Under the pieces are notes generated by a model that saw only the letters and a list, made by a program, of their open reading frames with translations, ran no database searches and was not told the origin of the DNA. Positions 59,672 through 64,000 of a DNA stretch of 64,000 nucleotides are shown in pieces. Every line of letters starts with the position of its first letter. The first letter of the stretch is position 1. This stretch comes from Myxococcota bacterium. GTDB taxonomy: Bacteria; Myxococcota_A; Polyangia; Polyangiales; Houyiibacteriaceae. The stretch lies in NCBI GenBank assembly GCA_039030515.1, contig JBCCEA010000010.1, positions 1 to 64,000 on the forward strand, read 5' to 3'. The translations under genes and the position numbers were made by a program.

Positions 59672-60490
59672 ATGAGGAGTCGTGCGGATTCGCTGGGAAC
59701 TCTATTTCTGTGGCTACTTTGTTTGAACTTCCTCGGGTGCGATGGTTGTCGTAAAAGCGTCCCCGTCGAGGAAGTAGAGGTACTTCCCTATCCCGACTGC
59801 GGGTCTGAAGAGCCAACTGCCACAATCCTCGCCTCGGGGCACCTGCGGTCCGGACCGCTCATGCGAGATGCTGCCATCGTTGAATATTATCGTTTGATGA
59901 GGGAGTCGTGCCGCTATGTGCTGGTCGTTCGACAGGAATGGCCGCTTGCCACCAGTGATGTCGAGATAGTGTACGATCTCGCATTTCGGCCTTTGTGGGC
60001 GTGGAAACGTATGACGCTGCCGGTAGACTCTGATCCAGAGGCTCATGCGGATATTCGGCGTTATGAACTCAGAACCGAACCCGCAACGATGACCTGGCGC
60101 CGTCCCGATGGATCCATCGAGCATCGAAGAATTCCTGGCCCGAAGCCGGTGGCGGTTGTGGGCCCGGGTCGGTCCGTGTTGGGTATGTGGATTCGAGCGG
60201 AGCAGCTAGAAGTGGGTGAGATCGCCCGCGGAGCCGTTCTCGATTTTCGCGACCGATGGGAGTCGATCAAACAGGTTGCTCTCGCACGCAAGCCAAACCG
60301 TATGGACTCCTCCGTTTCCGACGCAGAGTTTTACGTGCATACGGTGTTCGGTCGAGAGGCTGTGTTCGCCGATGCGGAGGGAAATGTCCTCGGAGATTTG
60401 GCTGGATTGCGACCTCATCAGCGTCTGGACACACCACAGCCTGACCCGATCCCGTCTTACGGAACCCCTGATCCACGAAATACTCCCTAA
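59672..60490 (+). CDS. Hypothetical lipoprotein, beta-rich
   Basis: MRSR..LFLWLLCLNFLGC leader with an LGC lipobox; co-oriented with the cox genes; no family recognised. Confidence 0.65.
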   Translation: MRSRADSLGTLFLWLLCLNFLGCDGCRKSVPVEEVEVLPYPDCGSEEPTATILASGHLRSGPLMRDAAIVEYYRLMRESCRYVLVVRQEWPLATSDVEIVYDLAFRPLWAWKRMTLPVDSDPEAHADIRRYELRTEPATMTWRRPDGSIEHRRIPGPKPVAVVGPGRSVLGMWIRAEQLEVGEIARGAVLDFRDRWESIKQVALARKPNRMDSSVSDAEFYVHTVFGREAVFADAEGNVLGDLAGLRPHQRLDTPQPDPIPSYGTPDPRNTP

Positions 60491-60624
60491 TCCGTCTGGG
60501 TTGGTTGTTATTGGGAGCGAGCGGAGCAACATCGACTCTTTTGCGTATTTCCCTAGCTAGTTGCCCGGTTATCTGGCCAAACTTGGTTTTCTGAACCGGT
60601 CCTTGGTTCTCCGACAGTTCTCGA

Positions 60625-61626
60625 TTATCTGGGAGAGCTGAATCGCAGCAGAGGTAGGGCGATAGATCCCAACAGCACGGCCCACCACAGAGTTGTCAGA
60701 CGGACCATCAGCGTTACCGAAACAGCGATTGCAGGGTCGATCGCGTTGTCGGCTACAAAAAAAAGAGCTCCGGTCATCGTTGCCTCGGTGACCCCAAGGC
60801 CTCCGGGCATTAGAGCCACTGCTCCGGCGATCGTCGGTATGGCGTATGCGAATATTGCGGCAGGAAGATCGATTTGAAGTTCCGTAAACCCACGCGCAAT
60901 CTGATGGAGCGCGACGCATTCCAAGACCCAGGCAAGTGTGGATAGGGCGGTTGCAGGAATCAGCGCTCTCGGAGCCGTCAGTCGATGGAGCGTTTCGTAG
61001 GCATGTCGGAGTCGTGGAACGACCGCACGGACTTTTTCGATACGGCTCAAAATGCTCAGGAGCCGATCGCCTAGTGCTGGGAAGGTGCACAAGAGAATCA
61101 ACGCTACTGCGAGGATTAGACCGCCGATCAAGATGCTCAAGCCCCACTGGAACGCGAATCCGCCGACCGCAGCCAAGAGCAGCAGTGCGATAAGATCTGT
61201 CACGCGCTCTGCGAGGACAACGGGAGCTGTACGCTCCACGGGCACCTGATGCACTTGCAGTAGGAGGGCAGACTTTAATAGTTCCCCGAGCTTGCCGGGT
61301 GTCACACTCATTAAAAAGCCAGAGAGAAAAATCAGTACGCTCGAGCGGATTGAAATAAATACTGTGATGTGACGAAGGTAGAGCTCCCATCGCAGGAAGC
61401 GCACGCCGTAATTGAGGCTAGACAATCCGAGTGCGCATAGAAATGCAGGTGCTTCGAACTGAAGCATGTGTTGCCGCATAAGTTGGATGTCTCCGTAGAG
61501 CGCAAGCCCCGCAAATACGAGTCCACCAAGTAGGCTGCTGAATATCACTCCGTGAATCAGCTTGGTTTGAAAGGTCCTACGTGAGGACTCTCCCTCTCTC
61601 GGGGAGGATGGCGAAGAGGGATTCAT
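60625..61626 (-). CDS. Lysylphosphatidylglycerol synthase TM region / flippase-like membrane protein
   Basis: VRFLRWELYL, VTPGKLGELLK, LAERVTD, MPGGLGVTE, VRLTTLW. Confidence 0.88.
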   Translation of the reverse strand: MNPSSPSSPREGESSRRTFQTKLIHGVIFSSLLGGLVFAGLALYGDIQLMRQHMLQFEAPAFLCALGLSSLNYGVRFLRWELYLRHITVFISIRSSVLIFLSGFLMSVTPGKLGELLKSALLLQVHQVPVERTAPVVLAERVTDLIALLLLAAVGGFAFQWGLSILIGGLILAVALILLCTFPALGDRLLSILSRIEKVRAVVPRLRHAYETLHRLTAPRALIPATALSTLAWVLECVALHQIARGFTELQIDLPAAIFAYAIPTIAGAVALMPGGLGVTEATMTGALFFVADNAIDPAIAVSVTLMVRLTTLWWAVLLGSIALPLLRFSSPR

Positions 61627-61758
61627 CGGAGCAAGGTCCGTTTCCGGCGGGATATATGTCGGAGATTCCTATAGTCCTTCGCGCGATTAGACATCAAATT
61701 TAGCGTGCCACGAGGAGCTGAGCCCTGCCAAGCAGGGTGTCTGCTCCCGCATGACTCT

Positions 61759-61794
61759 CTCGGTCTGAGTATCGGGCTCGGTCTAAGTATCGGG
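61759..61794. repeat. 18-bp intergenic tandem duplication
   Basis: ctcggtctgagtatcggg / ctcggtctaagtatcggg. Confidence 0.9.
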
Positions 61795-61978
61795 TTGCTC
61801 CGGATGTTGTTATCGAGACGCTGGGCCCTCGCGGTGCCGGATCGATCCTTTTTTGATCGGGCTTTGCAGGCTGAGGAACTACAAACCGACTGATGCGCGC
61901 TGCAATGGTGTTGACGCCGGTCGGGTGAAGATGTCATGAGCTGTCGAAGTGAAGAAGTCTTCAGTACAGTCCTGGAGC

Positions 61979-62566
61979 ATGCGAGAAGGGGCGATCAACC
62001 TACCTAACCTTATCACCCTTCTTAGGATCGCTCTGATACCCGTGGTGCTCACCCTGGTCTTTTCTGGCACGCCTCGTTCCAATGTGTACGCCGCACTCGT
62101 ATATACGTTGGCGGCGGTCAGTGATTTTCTCGACGGATGGCTGGCTAGGAGAAATGGTCTGATCACTTTGCTTGGCAGACTTCTCGATCCGCTCGCAGAC
62201 AAACTCCTGGTTGTCAGCGTGCTCGTCTTTCTAATCTGGATGGGCCGGGTTCCTCTGCAAGGAGTCGTCGCTTCGATCTTGATTTTCTCTCGAGAATTTT
62301 GGGTGAGCAGCCTTCGCGTTCTTGCCATGGGGGAGGGGGTCATCGTCGCCTCGCGTCGTAGCGGTAAGGATAAAACCGCGCTGCAGATGGTAGCGCTTTT
62401 TGCGCTGATAATGCATCATCCGTATCAGCTAGACTTTTTGTTCACTCGAGTTGAGGTCGATATGAACACTGTGGGTCTGTGGTTGCTCTACCTGAGCCTC
62501 ATTCCGGCGATCGCCAGTGCGTTGCAATATAGTCTTCTTTTGTTTCGGCCAGTCGATGTGGATTGA
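61979..62566 (+). CDS. pgsA: CDP-diacylglycerol--glycerol-3-phosphate 3-phosphatidyltransferase
   Basis: NLPNLITLLRI, DFLDGWLARR..GRLLDPLADK, SRE, GKDKTALQM. Confidence 0.95.
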   Translation: MREGAINLPNLITLLRIALIPVVLTLVFSGTPRSNVYAALVYTLAAVSDFLDGWLARRNGLITLLGRLLDPLADKLLVVSVLVFLIWMGRVPLQGVVASILIFSREFWVSSLRVLAMGEGVIVASRRSGKDKTALQMVALFALIMHHPYQLDFLFTRVEVDMNTVGLWLLYLSLIPAIASALQYSLLLFRPVDVD

Positions 62567-62586
62567 AGCTCGATGTGGATTGAGGC
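62553..62586. repeat. 17-bp tandem duplication spanning the pgsA stop codon
   Basis: tcgatgtggattgaagc / tcgatgtggattgaggc. Confidence 0.9.
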
Positions 62587-62624
62587 GTTCGGCTTCATGC
62601 TACAGACGAAGACGCTGCGGAGCG

Positions 62625-63923
62625 CTAGGGCGACAGTCGATTGAGCATTCGTGGAAAAGGGATCGTTTCGCGCACGTGCTTAAGTCCACAAAGCCACGCG
62701 ACGGTGCGCTCAATCCCCAACCCGAAGCCCGAATGGGGAAAACTGCCGTGCCTTCTCAGGTCGAGATACCAGTCAAAGGCCTCGGAAGGCAGTGCGTGCT
62801 CGGCAAGCGCATGTTCTAGACGACTCAAACTGTCTTCGCGCTGTCCCCCTCCGACGATCTCACCGTATCCCTCCGGCGCCAATATATCCATGCAAAGCGC
62901 CCGAGTGGGATCTTCCGAGTCGAGCTTAAAGTAGAAGGCTTTCAGGTCCTTGGGGTAGTGAGTTACTACTACCGGTCGATCGAAGTGGTCGCTTAAGATG
63001 GTTTCTTCGTCTCCACCAAAATCCTCACCAAAGCCTGTTTTGTTTCCTGCCTGTTCCAGGATATGGAGTGCCTCTTCGTAGCGGATTCTTGGAAATGGCT
63101 TCTGGATTGTTTGGAGTTTACTTAGATCGCGCTCGAGTACTCGAAGTTCCTTCTCTCTGCGAGAAAGAACACGACTTGCGATATGAACCAAAAGTTCCTC
63201 TGCCAGATCTATGTTTCCCCGTAAGTCGAGATAGGCCACCTCGGGTTCGACCATCCAGAACTCACATAGATGTCGCCTGGTCTTGCTTTTTTCTGCGCGG
63301 AACGTAGGTCCGAAACAATAGACTTTACCAAAGGCCGCAGCTGCAGCCTCGTTGTACAGCTGCCCACTTTGAGTCAAGTAGGCGGAGTCGCCATGGTAGT
63401 CCGTTTCGAAGAGAGTGGACGTGCCCTCACATGCATTTGGCGTGAAGATTGGAGCGTCGATTAGGGTAAACCCGTGATCATCAAGATACCCGCGGATTGC
63501 CGCAACGATCTCTGCCCGAATCCGCATGATCGCGTGTTGTCTCTTGCTTCTGAGCCAAAGATGTCGGTGGTCCATGAGGAACTCGGTTCCATGTTCCTTG
63601 GGCGTGATCGGGTATGCACTGGTTGGTTCCGCAACCACCGAAAGATGTTGCACCCCAATTTCAAACGAGTCCTTCTCTTTGGGGTGAACACGCACTTGGC
63701 CGACGAGCTCGATAGAGGTCTCCTGAGAAAGATGTGCCGCGCGCTCAAATACCGACGAGTCCACATCGCCCTTGGAGACGATCGCTTGCGTGATTCCTGA
63801 GCCGTCACGTACTTCAAGAAATTGAAGTTTCTTACTACCCCGGCGGTTGTAGAGCCAGCCCCTTATCCGGACGTCCTCGCCGACATGATCTCCAAGACTT
63901 TCGATGTAAACATGCTTCGCCAT
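62625..63923 (-). CDS. asnS: Asparagine--tRNA ligase
   Basis: [64 protein letters not shown]. Confidence 0.96.
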   Translation of the reverse strand: MAKHVYIESLGDHVGEDVRIRGWLYNRRGSKKLQFLEVRDGSGITQAIVSKGDVDSSVFERAAHLSQETSIELVGQVRVHPKEKDSFEIGVQHLSVVAEPTSAYPITPKEHGTEFLMDHRHLWLRSKRQHAIMRIRAEIVAAIRGYLDDHGFTLIDAPIFTPNACEGTSTLFETDYHGDSAYLTQSGQLYNEAAAAAFGKVYCFGPTFRAEKSKTRRHLCEFWMVEPEVAYLDLRGNIDLAEELLVHIASRVLSRREKELRVLERDLSKLQTIQKPFPRIRYEEALHILEQAGNKTGFGEDFGGDEETILSDHFDRPVVVTHYPKDLKAFYFKLDSEDPTRALCMDILAPEGYGEIVGGGQREDSLSRLEHALAEHALPSEAFDWYLDLRRHGSFPHSGFGLGIERTVAWLCGLKHVRETIPFPRMLNRLSP

Positions 63924-64000
63924 CGTACGGACCCCTACCGCGTTGAGATGAAATCCATACCGCGTTGAGCACGGCTTGGCGAGGTGGTATCAGAGCGCGA

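Noticed and set aside
60569..61390. 273-aa same-strand overlapping ORF
   Set aside because: Alternate frame of the flippase-like gene, with Arg/Ser/Cys-rich shadow composition.

Overview
A gene-dense, mostly housekeeping chromosomal segment. The gene content (Hanks kinase with PEGA repeats, long SppA, alternative complex III plus A2-type caa3 oxidase, serA-hisZ-purA order, many low-complexity protein extensions) suggests a myxobacterium, probably Polyangia; this is inference. Left to right: a minus-strand run of mutL-miaA-Ser/Thr kinase-flippase-like gene-DUF2723 gene (the last runs off the edge and is missing from the ORF track); sppA; lipoprotein, tonB-like gene and lgt; eno; a degenerate biotin carboxylase; ybeY; HU; an L,D-transpeptidase; the rimP-nusA-ylxR/Q-infB-ylxP-rbfA::nrnA-truB operon; an FAD oxidoreductase; tRNA-Cys; acnA; a Grx4 fusion; tRNA-Val; thiolase-hbd-crotonase-ridA; purA, hisZ and serA; actABCDEF(G)-sco-coxBACD; a second flippase-like gene; pgsA; asnS. 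I saw no CRISPR array, integrase, transposase or phage gene, and no obvious defence island. Best leads: (1) SppA protease fused behind a predicted outer-membrane beta-barrel; (2) a full-length biotin-carboxylase fold that has lost essentially all catalytic residues and gained an Arg-rich N-terminus; (3) a 9-residue insertion in the CuA ligand loop of CoxB, plus a His-rich loop in ActF; (4) an in-frame RbfA-NrnA fusion; (5) about ten unrelated 15-22 bp tandem duplications across the window. All calls come from motif recognition by eye; no searches were run, so novelty is unverified.
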